A stretch of DNA of 54,411 bases, filler included, from Sluysia triapertura (Eukaryota): NCBI GenBank assembly GCA_046118255.1. It is 4 parts of 4 records of this genome, joined end to end, with 100 filler letters (N's around TTAATTAATTAA, not from the genome) between each part and the next. Parts side by side here need not be neighbours in the genome. Positions count along the whole stretch, not along the records: positions 30,034 to 43,542 come from JBJNIA010035816.1; positions 43,643 to 54,411 come from JBJNIA010193703.1; 2 more parts are not named here. One strand, written 5' to 3'. Below, piece by piece: positions 40,080 to 52,935 of this stretch. Made by a program: the position numbers and the translations under genes. The notes under the pieces are model-generated. The model was not told the origin of the DNA and ran no database searches. It was given only the letters and a program-made list of their open reading frames with translations. Positions within the stretch are counted from its first letter, which is position 1, and each line of letters opens with the position of its first letter.

Positions 40080-41200
40080 TTAAACGATTCAGAACGAACG
40101 ATTCGAATGGGATGACGATGGGACATTATTTTGTAGTAAACGGAATCGTCGAAAGATCTATTGAGGATAAAAATGATTAGAAGAGATTTACTTCGGCATT
40201 TGAAAAAAATACATAATTTATCAAATACTCAAATAACCAATGGAAAGATATACAGTGTTTCTCGATGAACGAACAAGTCATTGTAATGGAAGTTAGTAAA
40301 TTTCACGATAGATGAAATATCAGAGTGAATTTATAAGAAAGTCCGATATCATGAAGCTTATCTATAAAAGTTGTTTAAATTTCCAGCTTTAGAAAGAAGA
40401 GCACGAAATAGCTTGATGCTTGACGAGTACATAACTGCTTAAAAAAGCGATACTTGAAGATAAACCTTCATTTCAATAAAAGTAAACTCTGTAATTAGAT
40501 CTTTTCACAGGGAAACTATGTTGAAGCTCAACCAAGGGGAATCGAACTCACAACTAGAAATCAAGTAGTTACTCTTGCTATGAGCACATTGTGCGTACCT
40601 GATGGTCTATGATATTTGAAATAAATAAAATGACTGAAAATTTAACAAAGTATCAGCTTTAAAGAAGAAAGATCTAAACTAATAAATTAAACAATAAAAA
40701 ATAAGAGGTACTGAAAAATTATTCTCCAAAGCCATCTTTCAAAGATGTTTAAAAAATTAAATAAAAGCAGAGTTTACTTATGAAAATGTGATTATTTTTG
40801 ACATCAAAACTCGTTTTATTGAATAATGTGAAATCAAATGAGTTTCTTCAAGGGTCAACACTTGGTCGAATCATATATAGTAAATACCATAAATACCAAA
40901 TATATACTGAATTTGAAATGAACAACATAGAAAATACTATTCAAAGAACAGAAGAACTGGTATCTGATTTGATAAAATGGTTTGGAAATAAATACTTGAA
41001 AATCAATGAGGAAGTCATATTCAGTAATAAAGAAACAGCTAAACTTAATGTTCATTCATTGATAACTAACAACATAGATTTTAACAATAGAAAAGTGAAA
41101 AAATTGATATTTAATAATTAATCAAGCAGCAAGACTAATTCTCCAAGTGGGAAGAAGATCGTTTAAGGAATTACATTGGTTGCCAATAAAAGCAAGAATA
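40080..41200 (+). mobile_element. Degenerate non-LTR retrotransposon (CR1/L2-like): endonuclease and RT remnants
   Basis: RT-like VLLNNVKS..LQGSTLG..LVSDLIKWFGNKYLKINEE; upstream RKRARNSLMLDEYI resembles the AP-endonuclease C-terminal motif. Boundaries approximate. Confidence 0.6.
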
Positions 41201-41204
41201 TAAT

Positions 41205-43542
41205 TCAAAATAATGACAATAATTTACAAATGCTTACATTACGAAAGTACTGAATATCTCTTAGAAATAATAAAAAATTTGGAAAGCAAGATGAATATTT
41301 CATTGAGACATAATAATAATCTATACAGAATCTACTGTAATAATAAAAGCTAGGTACGAACTCGACGACTTTTAGAATTTTTTGAATTATATTTTTCATT
41401 GTTTCATCATCATTTTGATATTTAAATGATACTCCGGTGAAATCAAGAGAATTAACATTCGCGTTACAATAGTTGTACAAATTCTATTGAAGCTTCTTAA
41501 TTGGTTATTTATACAACTAAATATGATTACTTTCTTTAAAATTATTTCAACATAGTTCATTTTCAAGACATTCTTCTTCAAATATATAAAACTGTTTAAT
41601 TTATCCTCTCTACCAATATAGTAAGACAATCTGTAACACTGTACAATAATAAGTTGAATAATAAAACATGCAATAATAAGGGACTTCGATATTTTAAAAA
41701 TTAATTAATTTTTTATTGATTTGATTAAATTTAACAAAATATTATTTAAATATTCATTGTACTTATTAAAAATAATTAGTATAATAAAAATTGATAAATA
41801 TGTAGATAGAAATAATTTTTAATATTAAAGCATTATTGTAAATAATAAATGTCTTAACGATTATTTTATTTTTATTTATATTATTAGTGACTGCGGGAGT
41901 ATTTTTTTATTATTTATAACTGTTTTATATTTATTTTATTATTTACTGACTAAATGAGTATCTTCATATCTTTTTAATAGCCATTTTATTATCAATTGAT
42001 TTCTTTATTTTTACTGCTATATTATTGGTTATTATTAAATACCGAAATAATAATTAAAATAGAAATTCTCGTGTTATATCTTGGACGTCATATTTGGTAC
42101 AATCATCGATCAACTTACTTGCAATCTTTTAATCATTATTCAAATTACCGTGATCGCAAGATTGACTTTTAAGAGGATCGTCTTACATAAAACTTAAAAT
42201 CATTAATTTTTGCACAATTGCAAACTTATTTCTAAAATCCCCAATAAATATTAGAGCAAAAAACTAATATTTCAAATATCATATTATACCTTATATTTTT
42301 AGTTATTCATATGTAATTTATTTGTTTTGTGTTTTCCTTTAATTAATGTAAGATTACATTGAATTATTACCCAGGTACTCGAATTCGAATAAAATATTCA
42401 TAAATTGACCAAGCAAAGTACTGATGCCATTTTTGGGAGACAAATTATTTTTATCTGCATCACTTAATACAGTGATTAAAACAAGAAACATAAAGATGTG
42501 CAAGGAAACATGACATTATGGGGTGTAATGTTGTTATTAATGAATTATAATGATTTAAAGTTGTAAAAGATTTTGAGGGCGTTAATTGATATAAAATATA
42601 AAAATATTCGTGGAATTTAAATTTTGAAGTATTATATTTATCTATATTGTTATCAAAATTCAATAATTTAAATATTCTAATATTAGACTGGACTAGATCG
42701 ACAACTTTTAAAATTCCATAGAATTCAATCGTCCGTTTACACATTATTTTAATGATAAGGTATTTAAAATTACGTTCTATAATTGCTTCTGATACGTGAC
42801 CTACATCCAGAAATGATTCGTTTCTGGTTTTAATTCTATAAAATGAAATTATCTTAAATTTATTAAACAGTTTTTTTTTATTTGCGTCATATAAACAGAA
42901 AAGTTGAACACGTGTAGGATTACAATTTATTAAACTTTGTGAGTTATTTAAAAATATATACAATTTTGGAAAATTTTGTATAAAATCCAGCATCCCTTCA
43001 TCCCGGAATCCTTTTTCGTATTTGAATAAACGATTAGCACTATAATAGATAATATAGAAATAATCATTATAGGTAAAATAATAAATAAAATTTAATGTCA
43101 AAGTATTACTTTTAATATCTTCAGATTTGTCGGACATGACTACTCGAAGCGTATAATCCCAAAGTGTCTTCATCGAATTCGAGACGAATCTGCGGCATCT
43201 TAGCTGAGTATGTTCACCACTATTAAAACTGATCGAGTCAAGAACCTGCTCTTTTTCATGACAATTATCTTCGTAATCTTCATTACCTTCTTCCACTTCT
43301 TCATCAATTGATTCATCATTTTCTTCAACATCAGTTTCATTATTTTGAGATACTATCTTTTTCTTGGGTCGTTCATCAACAAAATTGCTGCAATAAGAAG
43401 CACCGTTTTGATTATCATGTTCAGTTGTAACATTGTTCTGATTAACTAATTCAACATTTTCTTCATCCAAATTATCATTACTACTATTATTCCTTTCACA
43501 TGTCATTACACAACTGGATTTTAGCTCTAGATCTTGACGCCT
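41205..43542 (-). pseudogene. Uncharacterised, probably multi-exon gene with acidic N-terminal region; 3' part decayed, 5' end cut by the contig end
   Basis: 348-aa ORF 42460-43506 is open up to the linker and contains a likely in-frame intron (GTAATAC..TATTATAG, ~43040-43110). Further coding-like blocks at 42060-42230 (in-frame TAA) and 41205-41630 follow AG acceptors. Confidence 0.4.
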
Positions 43543-43642
43543 NNNNNNNNNNNNNNNNNNNNNNNNNNNNNNNNNNNNNNNNNNNNTTAATTAATTAANN
43601 NNNNNNNNNNNNNNNNNNNNNNNNNNNNNNNNNNNNNNNNNN
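43543..43642. other. Artificial contig linker
   Basis: 44 N + TTAATTAATTAA + 44 N. Confidence 0.97.
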
Positions 43643-46053
43643 ATTTAAATGAAAGAAATTGGTTAAAATATATTTTACTTTAATGTTTATTATTGAAATG
43701 ATTTTAAGTACTATTTAGCTATGTTAAAATTAGCGAAATACTTTAAAATATATACAAGTGCCTATTTTTTAATTGCTATAAATTTCTGTGATATTATTTT
43801 ATTTTGTTTACACAATTGAGGCTGGGTACAGTTAAATCGTTCAGTTGGAAATTGTTATTGATTGAATAAAAAGTAATAATGTTCACTTGTGTAAAAATAA
43901 TTATGAATGGAATGCGCTTTTTATACTATTTTTATTGGCTTGTGAATGAATGACTGAGTACGTACTTTCCATGTTAATGCTATTTTATTGGGTACACACA
44001 TACTCTTTGTATTGAATTAAAGTGTATGTGTGTATACTTCACACAAATTTTCCCAACGTACTCTTTGTTTTTCCTAATAGTTTTTCGGGATACAAAGCCT
44101 AATTGAAATCACTATGATTATTATAGAAAATTATTTTTATTATTTAATATTATTATCCTGATGTTTATGGTCATGACAAATTAAAAGTGAATTATGATGT
44201 CTCATAAAATCGAATGTAATTACAACGAACCAGAAACCAATTCTATGCTGGAACCAAATGGCAAATTAAATGCTGTGGTTAGAGATACGGTACTTAACAA
44301 GCAGATTGTCACTGTCATTGATCAACATGATTGCAAAGAATTTTAAGTATGTGATTATACTAACGTCTTGAAGACTTTATTCTTATAATTGAAATTACGT
44401 TTTCGTATATATAACTTCTAAAACTAAGTAATTTAAAAATTGTAACAGTTAATATAAATTATAGTTTTTTGTCAACCCATAAATTTAGTAGAAAGTTCGT
44501 GTTGAAAGTAACATGAATCGACAAAGTCTTACGTTATCTTACTTAAAGATTATCAAAATACTTCATACGTATCAGGGGAAAATTACACTCTTTATTTTTT
44601 ATTTTTGACTAATTTATTCTACATTAAAGCTCTATAATATAGCTCTGGTCATATAATTTATCTGCCTTTATAATTTATGTTAGTATTCATTTTTCGTTTT
44701 TTCGCATTTTATCCATAACTGTTTTAATGTGATAATTAAAAGTGGTGGACTTTGGATTGCTTTCTCTATATTTTGCTTTTTTATTATAATGTGTTATAAT
44801 AAAACATTTATATACGTTTCTTAGCATTTATAAAAAAACTTTCGCAATACGTTCTGGTTTATTTGTAAAAAATGATTCTTTAAATAGTTAATCACATCAG
44901 AATTTTTACATATTTGGAAATTATTAATTAGCAGCTTCTTTAAATTTACTCTCGAAGTATTTTTTAGACTCAGTGTGTAGCACAGAATGCTGTTAAGTCG
45001 CAGTTGATCTATCCAGGGAATTGCACTTTTGCTTTGTGTCATGTAATACATAATTATGGTCACTGTTGAAATATTAGCATTTATCAGGCCACTATTATTT
45101 TATCTCAATTTTTCAGAAACATATGTTACTAAGATACTTATTAAAAAATTATAACTATAACTTTATTTAACTTTATATCACTTTGTTTAGTGAAGACACA
45201 TTTCAAAAATAAATGCATAATTATTGACCGCTGATGCTTTCATAGTTCCATCACATATTAGTTGCTTATTTTATCCAAATAAAATGAAAACACAACCTAT
45301 CTAGTATGTATCTAGTAAAACATTTTAGATTCATTCTTAAATATCTACTCACATCAGAAAGAATAATGGTAATAAAATGTATATAAATAAATGTTTATTG
45401 AAAATTTCAATATTTGTATATTTTTGACAAACAATATTTATCTAACTGCTGAATTTAAATTTCTAAGGAAATAAATTATACATCACTACTTTTAAATGAC
45501 AGCAATGATAATAAAGTAAAGATAAATTTATCAATCTATTGTACATTAAATAAGTAAATTTATATATCTATATTAAAAAAGCTTATAATTTTGTTTCTTA
45601 GATCTAACAAAGTAAAATGATTCCGCAGATCATTAAAAGTCAAGAACTGGCGAAAACAAGAATTTTTGTTTTCTGATGGAAATATGTTATAATGAAAAAA
45701 TAACTAACCACTGAATTGTTGAATACGCTGACTTTTATTATGTAACTTTGGTTCATCCAAGAAGCATTATTAGCTTGGAAAATTTTGCAATTGAGTTGCC
45801 ATTGTAGCTGCAAATAACCCCATAATTAACTATTACGGTATGATCGCGTACAATCCTCACATGTTCATTTGCTTCTACGTTGATATAATGTCGTGTTTCA
45901 TTAATAGTGACTAGTCTGTATATTCGCATACTTTCTGCATTGATAAGCAATGATCAATGTTTATATTCTAAACTTAATTTTTAGTTAAGCTGATTTGTAT
46001 ATTCAAAAATCGTTATATTGTAAACATTAATTTTTATTTAACAAAATTTAAAT

Positions 46054-46378
46054 CAGTGATTCCCAAACTTTTCGGTCATACCGCCCCCATTTCAGAATAA
46101 ATATTACTTAGCGCCTCCAAACAAACCCACACCACATTTTTTTAAACTATAACTATATTTATATAACTCTATATATCATATATAGAGGTATTTTCAGACA
46201 TTTTTGTAAAAAGCTAATTGAAATTCTGACGTAATCAATAAACATCATATTATTATTTGTAAAGGGCTTATTTTATTACAGAATATTTAATATAGTATTA
46301 TCGTGTTATCGCCCTTAAATGAACTTGTATTCACCACCGTCCCCTGGATCCTTGCAGCGCCCACTTTGAGAATCCATG
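46054..46378. mobile_element. hAT-Charlie-type MITE
   Basis: Ends CAGTGATTCCCAAACT ... ACTTTGAGAATCCATG; imperfect 8-bp TSD ATTTAAAT/ATTTAGAG. Confidence 0.75.
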
Positions 46379-46771
46379 ATTTAGAGCTATTTTATGCTAT
46401 ATTCGTTAATTGCAAATATTGATAATTTTTCTCTGAGTTCTAGAAATAAAATTTATTTAAACGTAAATAAATAAATAAAAATTTTAATATTTAAGAAATC
46501 AATAAAATGAATCCAATCTCTATTTAAATTTTAGGAAGAAAAAAATAATTTTCAACAAAAAACTTTACCAAAATATTTTCTCCATATTGCATATTGTTCC
46601 TGCTAAATATTGTTTTATTTTTCCTAACAATGTCAGTTATATATGTCAGTTTACTTTTGGTGTTTTTGTAGATATTTTATTCAACCACAATCGACTATTT
46701 AATAAAAAAATTATTACTATTTTGTTAAAAAATCAAAAAATCACATTTCACATATTTAAGTATTCGTAATA

Positions 46772-47710
46772 CAGGGTTTTAACCTTGAATTTCGAATTTT
46801 TAAACAACAATTTTGAATTTTTTAAATCAAAGAATAAAAAGAGAAAATTAAACATTACAAACATACTAGACCACGAAATTTAAATTAATCAAAATCATTA
46901 CTAAATTTAATAATGGGCTCTTTAGTGATTGATATTAGAAACCACTACAATGTAATTAAACAGTTTTTCGTTTTTCGGTTTTTATCTGTCTAAAATACTT
47001 TTTCCATTTCAAAAAGTCATTTTCGATAGGATTCAAAAACGAAGAATATGGTGGTAAGTTCATAATTTTAAATCCTTTATTTTCGATTAAATTCTCAATC
47101 GCTGGAGACTTATGGAAGCGAACTTTATCTATTATGATAACAGAATTATTTCTTCCTTCTTCAATGAGATCTGTAAGTAGGTTTTCTAGAAATTCTTCAA
47201 AACTTGACGTATTATACAATTTTATACAATATATTTCTTGACCTTACATTTCTTACTTTGTGTGTAGCTCGAGAACCCTTTAAAGAACGACCATAGAGTG
47301 CATTAAAACCGATTTCATCAATAAAAATTATGTTAGATTCATCACTACTTCTATCTTGAGTATATTTAGCCTTCCCTTCAATATTCGCTGCATCATGTTC
47401 TAAAGAAATTCTTTATATATTTTGTTATTGTGACAATAGAAACATTCAAGTTTTTCCTTTTTTCAGTTTCGGTTCTGATAAAATCGATATGAACTTAGCT
47501 AAACATTTTTGAAACATATTACTTATGGAGTAAACTGTTGGTAGTTTTATGTGATATTTTTAAATATATTTCTATCAAAAATGCTTCAATTATTTTTTTC
47601 TTATTACATTGGAAACTTTCATTTTAAGGCTAAATTTCCTTTATTACAAATATAAGTGAGAAATATCAATTTTTTATTTTATAAAAATTCAAAATTACAA
47701 GTTAACAGAA
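46772..47710 (-). mobile_element. IS630/Tc1-like DDE transposon, decayed
   Basis: TA|CAGGGTTTTAACCTTGAATTTCGAATTT terminus with a degenerate inverse near 47680-47710; catalytic-region motifs NIIFIDEIGF, IIIDKVRFHKS and LPPYSSFLNPIE. Confidence 0.8.
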
Positions 47711-48293
47711 AATAACCAATAAAAATTTACCCAATTAGATTTAAGTATTGAATATAAAATTTAAAGTATAAAATACCATTATTAAAATCTTTAAGTAAAA
47801 TATTTATTAAAAGTAAAGTTATTTTATGAAAATAAATAAAAAATAACAAATTAAAGAATTTGATATAAATAAATAAAGTATTAAAACAACTTTTTAATAG
47901 AATAATTAATAATATTTTAAAAACGAAATAATCATTAATTAATAGAATGATAATTTCTTTTGCTCTTATATAATACTAATAAACTCAATGACCTACATTA
48001 AACAGAAATATTGAATTTCTTTCTATATTTCCATGTTTTCTGAGCTGTATTAGTAAGAATTATTATTATTATTATTATTTGTACATTTAGCGAATATTTT
48101 AATTAAACATTATATTAATGTTTTACTACAAGGATATTTTAGAATTTAAAGAAAAACACAATAACAAAATACGACACCTAGATAAATACGATGACTTCGA
48201 TATTTTAATTATCAAAAAATAGAATTAGACTATTACTAATGTAAGCAAGCGTATAAGTAGCAAATAGTTCATTAATTAATAAATTAATTAATA

Positions 48294-48333
<40 letters not shown>

Positions 48334-48360
48334 ATTATTAATTAATTAATTAGCTTATAG

Positions 48361-48501
48361 TAAGTTGCCGTTATTGTTAAAAGAACAACAAATAGAAGCA
48401 ACAGAAAAAGGAATTTCGAAATTATTCAACAGAATTGATAAAGACAAAAATAACAAATTAACTCATGAAGAATTAAAAGCATGGATTATTGATTTATATG
48501 A
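48361..48501 (+). CDS. Internal exon of an EF-hand protein, CREC (reticulocalbin/calumenin)-like
   Basis: AG|..|GT bounded 141-nt symmetric exon encoding ISKLFNRIDKDKNNKLTHEELKAWI; neighbouring exons unresolved. Confidence 0.6.
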
Positions 48502-49261
48502 GTTAGTTATTGAATTGTATTTCTTTCAATAGTTAATTAATTTAATTAGATATATAAAAATTAATTTTTTTTTGTTTTTGTTTTGTTAATAATTCAATTA
48601 ATTTTGAATTTATTTTACTTATTTTAATATTTATTATTTTATGCATAATTTACGTTTGTATATTGTATAACTTGTTTTTACTTATTGTTTTTGTACATTT
48701 TTGGTCCAAAGTTTTAAAAATTATTAAATTATTAAATTAATTTTAGTCACTATGAAATATTCAGTTAACTTTTAATAGAGGGTTTTGAGGGATATCAACT
48801 TGGTTCTATAATTAATTAAAATTAGGGCTGGGACTTTGAAGGATTTTCCCTATTCAATAATTAAACTCGCAGTGAATGATTTAATAATAATGTATTATTC
48901 AGTCAAATATAATATAATAAAAACAATAATGAATTTCGATGGCTTTTTAATAAAATAAAGGTAGAACCAGATGTATATATTATACTATATATGTATATTA
49001 TACAGTATATAATGAAACACCTACAAACAACTATTATTCCAAAATGAGACATGTTTTTTATTTTAAAACATTGATTGCCCAATTAGAAATTTATTGTAAA
49101 TATTCTAGAATTTTATTTCAAAAAACACTCAAGAAGGATAATAAAAATAAATGACCACTATACTGTCATTTATTTATTGATCATGTTCATAAGTTAAAAT
49201 CAAAAACCGGTGCAGAAAACTGGTGCTCCAGCCCCAGTATATAGTTATTCGTAGACTTCAG

Positions 49262-49264
<3 letters not shown>

Positions 49265-49313
<49 letters not shown>
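49265..49313. repeat. (ATT)n microsatellite
   Basis: Read directly. Confidence 0.95.
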
Positions 49314-49314
<1 letters not shown>

Positions 49315-49917
49315 GAAAGAATCCGTCTTAGAAAATCACCACTGGTCATTCAGTCTATCAGTTCTTCAAGAAATTGGATTATTTTCTCACTTTTCACAAG
49401 ATCTATGGTTAATTTTTATTTTAACACAAGATTAGCCGTAAAGAATATTTCTCTGTATGTGAAATACATTATTTAGTTAAATTGAAAAGATTAATTTAAA
49501 ATAATTAAAAATTTAACTTTTAGTATTGAATATTTCTATAAAAATGCTAAATGTAAACATTTATCAATAATATAATTTATTTAATAATAATAGTTGAGTT
49601 AAAGGCAAAGATTGGTTCATTTAACTGGAATATATGATTTTGAGCGTTTTGATTGGTTGAAATACGGTAGTTTAGTGCGGACTGGTTGATTGTAGTGCAT
49701 CAGTTTTTAATTTGAATTTGATGTTAGTAAGTGGTAATACATTTTTTTATTTTTGTGTAATTTTATTCGAAATAATTTTATTTTGTGCATTAATGCTAAA
49801 GTGTTTACATGTTGACGAAAAAGTAGTTAATCAGAAAATGAGTCCAATGACATTACATGTCTTATAATATGCTACCACTTATATTCGTGTACCTATCCTG
49901 GTATTGTTTGTAAATAC

Positions 49918-49941
49918 ACGGGCCGCACTTTGACACCACTG
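49918..49941 (-). mobile_element. Single hAT terminal repeat
   Basis: CAGTGGTGTCAAAGTGCGGCCCG on the minus strand; other end not found. Confidence 0.5.
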
Positions 49942-50639
49942 ACCTATATAATGTAGACAATAATTTTATATATTTCGTTAGATGTTTCTACGGTTAGTTT
50001 GGTCTATGAAGGTATTATGCTCAATTCTGATCTAATCAGTACCTCTGTCATCGCTGTTGGAGAGTGAAGTTTGCCATTATTTTATTTTACATAATTATTA
50101 TAATTGAAATATTCTTAGATTTTCTTAAATCTGAAACAGTTTGTCTTACATAACTTGTTCTACTTCTTTTGTGGTAAAACTGCAGTCAAATGAAGTTAAC
50201 TTGTTTAGCTGTATGACAAAATCTTACATTAGTATATCGTTTTTTCAAGAATTATGATTGTTTGAATTATAATCAATATAAATTTGATTAAATTTAACTG
50301 CTCTCTGAATTTTACTATGAAGTACACCTAATATTGTTTATTTGTAAGAAACTCCAATGTTCGCGAATTAATATTAATTTTTTAACTGTTCAATCTAGAT
50401 TCAGGAACTAAAGGTCAGTCATTTATCTTATTCGGATTAAGTGATAGTAGATCATAACAGATGTTGATTAACTAATTCTAAAGATTGACTTTAACCACTT
50501 AAAATAAATTTATTTTTGAGGGCTACCAATACACAGAGTAAAATTGTACAAAATATGTATATAGCAAGTAAAATAACCTAGTAAAATTCCATTTTCAATT
50601 ACTAATACCAAATCCAAATTTAATACTAAATGTTAAAGC

Positions 50640-51000
50640 TAAGTTTTATATGTTATGCTAAGTCTTTGCTTAAATTTTATTTTCTTGTGCTGAGTCCTTT
50701 ACAATCTTAGACTTACTCACTTAAGGGCTAAGTTGTAAGCAGTATTTTAGAAGAACTTATATAGAGTTACAAGTATGCTTATTTTGAGTCAATTATATAT
50801 ATTCTGAGAAAGGTTTATCGTGGCTTATGCGGTATTTATTTTAGTCCTTTAAAAATTTTATCAAGTATTATGTTCAATCACAAATGACACTGAAACTCAA
50901 ATTACAACTATTATTTTAAGTGAAAAATTTGCAACCGTATATCAAAAACGGTGAACCTTAATTAATAATTTCTCTTTTAATTATAAATTACGTGTATTTT
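50640..51000 (-). repeat. Dispersed repeat downstream of the env-bearing element; candidate 3' LTR or UTR
   Basis: Homologous to 23330-23640; TG..CA ends and a polypurine tract were not resolved. Confidence 0.5.
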
Positions 51001-51489
51001 TCGACCGATTAAAATCAGCGATCTTTAAAAAACAAAATGAATTAAAATTAAATAAATTTAATGTAATGTATTATAGCAATTAACAAAAAATTAACAAGCG
51101 TAATAAATTTTACAAACGTATTTATATAATAACAAAATTTAAGTAAGATTAATATATCATCTTTAAAAATGGATTTTATGAAATGTTTTCACTTTTCTTA
51201 AAAAGGAATGTCAAATAATTTTTAAAAATATTTTGAGGAGAATTTTACGATCTGGTAAAACAGAATGACTTAAATCAATCAAACTAACGATCTTTTTTAT
51301 GTTAAAACTCTTGAGAACAGGAACAATCGCTGAAGTTATATCGGAAGAGCTGCGTGGACAAATTAAACTTTAAAAACCTATTGTATCCACCTTGTGTATT
51401 TATATTTTATTGTGTGGCCTTTGTGATCCAGTTGCAATTGACACTAATAATAATATAGTAAGTAATATTGTCTCGTCGAATATTATTAG

Positions 51490-52190
51490 TTCTTAAGATC
51501 CTATTACAAGTAATAATATAATAAATACTAAATAGCAAGTATATTATGGTAAAAAGAAATTTGTACTATCTTCATTCTTTTTCATTATTGTATTCGTACT
51601 TATTTCTTTATTTGTTGAACTTTCCAAAGCATGTTACTGTTGTTGTTGCTATTGAAGTTTACTTATAAAATTGTCCATTAAGTATGCGTGTAAAAAGTTA
51701 ACTGTTATCAATTTACTATCATAAAACGAAAATCCTATTATGGTAGTAAATTAGATTGAGTGTTCACATTGATAAATATCATCTATTAACAAAGGTTTCT
51801 TTATTAATAATGGTTTCCAATAGATGCAATTTCTATTTCTAAATTGTAATTAGATATTTCATTTCTGTCGTCTATTTCAACTGTACAAAATCGATTTAAA
51901 ATATTTGTTGGAAATATTGCTTGTTTCGTATCGATGTAACTTGTTAAGTTTACTTGATAATGCGTTATCATGGTTGTTAATTGAAATAGCAATAATATGA
52001 AAGTTATATAAAGAAATATATTATTTGGAATTCCTCTTATAAACATTACGCTGCTATTACTATTACTACTATTGTTAGTACTATTGTCATCATTATTATC
52101 TGTTCCTATACCTGAAGTCGAAGAAGCCGTGGTGTCCCACCAATCAAGATTTTCCCAATTTTGAGTTGGTGATGGTGGTATGATTGGATT
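51490..52190 (-). pseudogene. Accessory type-I membrane-like protein (Ser/Asn linker, hydrophobic signal, ectodomain, C-terminal TM)
   Basis: NPIIPPSPTQNW..NSSNSNSSV-MFIRGIPNNIFLYITFILLLFQL; after a frameshift NKKPLLIDDIYQCEHS..Q*QQQQ*H..YTCYLVFIILLLVIGS*. Confidence 0.5.
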
Positions 52191-52620
52191 TAATAAGTAA
52201 TTTGATAATTTTGTGGTAATGGTTGTACTGCTCTTGGTATTGAAGGTAAAACTAATTGTAGTAACACTACATGTGTACCTAAAGGTATTTTAAGGAATCC
52301 TAATCTTCCGTGTATTACTACATTTTCCAATTTACTTAATACATCCATACCTAATATAATTTCATAGGGGCATCTATCCCTAGCTAATATTGTTACAAAT
52401 AGATCCACATCTAATATTGTTAGTTGACATTGTAATATACCATTAAATAAGATATTTGAACCATCTACATCAGAGTCGTATGCCAGCTTGTTTTAATATA
52501 TAAATTTCTAATGCATTTAATGTATTATAATTAATAATAGTATTATTTGAACCTGTATCTATAACTGATCTTTCTCATCCTTGATTGAATTTAATACTTT
52601 GTATTAGATGGTTATATTTA
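52190..52620 (-). pseudogene. Second retropepsin-like aspartic protease
   Basis: SVIDTGSNNTII (DTG at 52551-52559), flap-like DVDGSNILFNG, and CPYEIILGMDVLSKL; interrupted by frameshifting. Confidence 0.8.
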
Positions 52621-52739
52621 TAGATGTTATCATATTTATTGAAATGATTGGTTTAGGTGGTTTGTCTCTATCTTTAGTTCTTGGTTTCACTTTTAGAATA
52701 CTTTTTGTAACTTTTCTATTTCTTAAATTATTCTTCCTT

Positions 52740-52935
52740 AGGTGCTAATTTGCAGCGATTTACATGTACGACAAGTTTCAGCATTTGTATCAGTTATATC
52801 CTTTAAATGATTTGTGTAATTTTGGAGAAAATCCTGGTTTAGAGGTATTGGTTAATCTACTAATATTTTATCTCCAACTTTGAAATTATGTTCTTTAGTT
52901 TTTTTTATCATAAGCATTTTATAAATTTTCTGAAT
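52740..52935 (-). pseudogene. Ty3/gypsy integrase C-terminal (GPY/F-region) remnant
   Basis: Bridging frameshifts: NAYDKK/TKEHNFKVGDKILV/KPGFSPKLHKSFKG/VVHVNRCKLAP. Confidence 0.7.

Noticed and set aside
16978-43642. TTAATTAATTAA palindromes at three sites, and gene neighbourhoods spanning them
   Set aside because: Identical N-flanked six-frame-stop linkers are assembly artefacts; the four segments are not known to be linked.
51490-51800. Alternative genetic code (TAA/TAG = Gln), suggested by stops inside Gln runs and at the Gln-aligned position near 5376
   Set aside because: The same ORFs also carry frameshifts and an in-frame TGA, and DCAF12 and CIAO1 end at TAA where expected. CAR-to-TAR decay explains the pattern.
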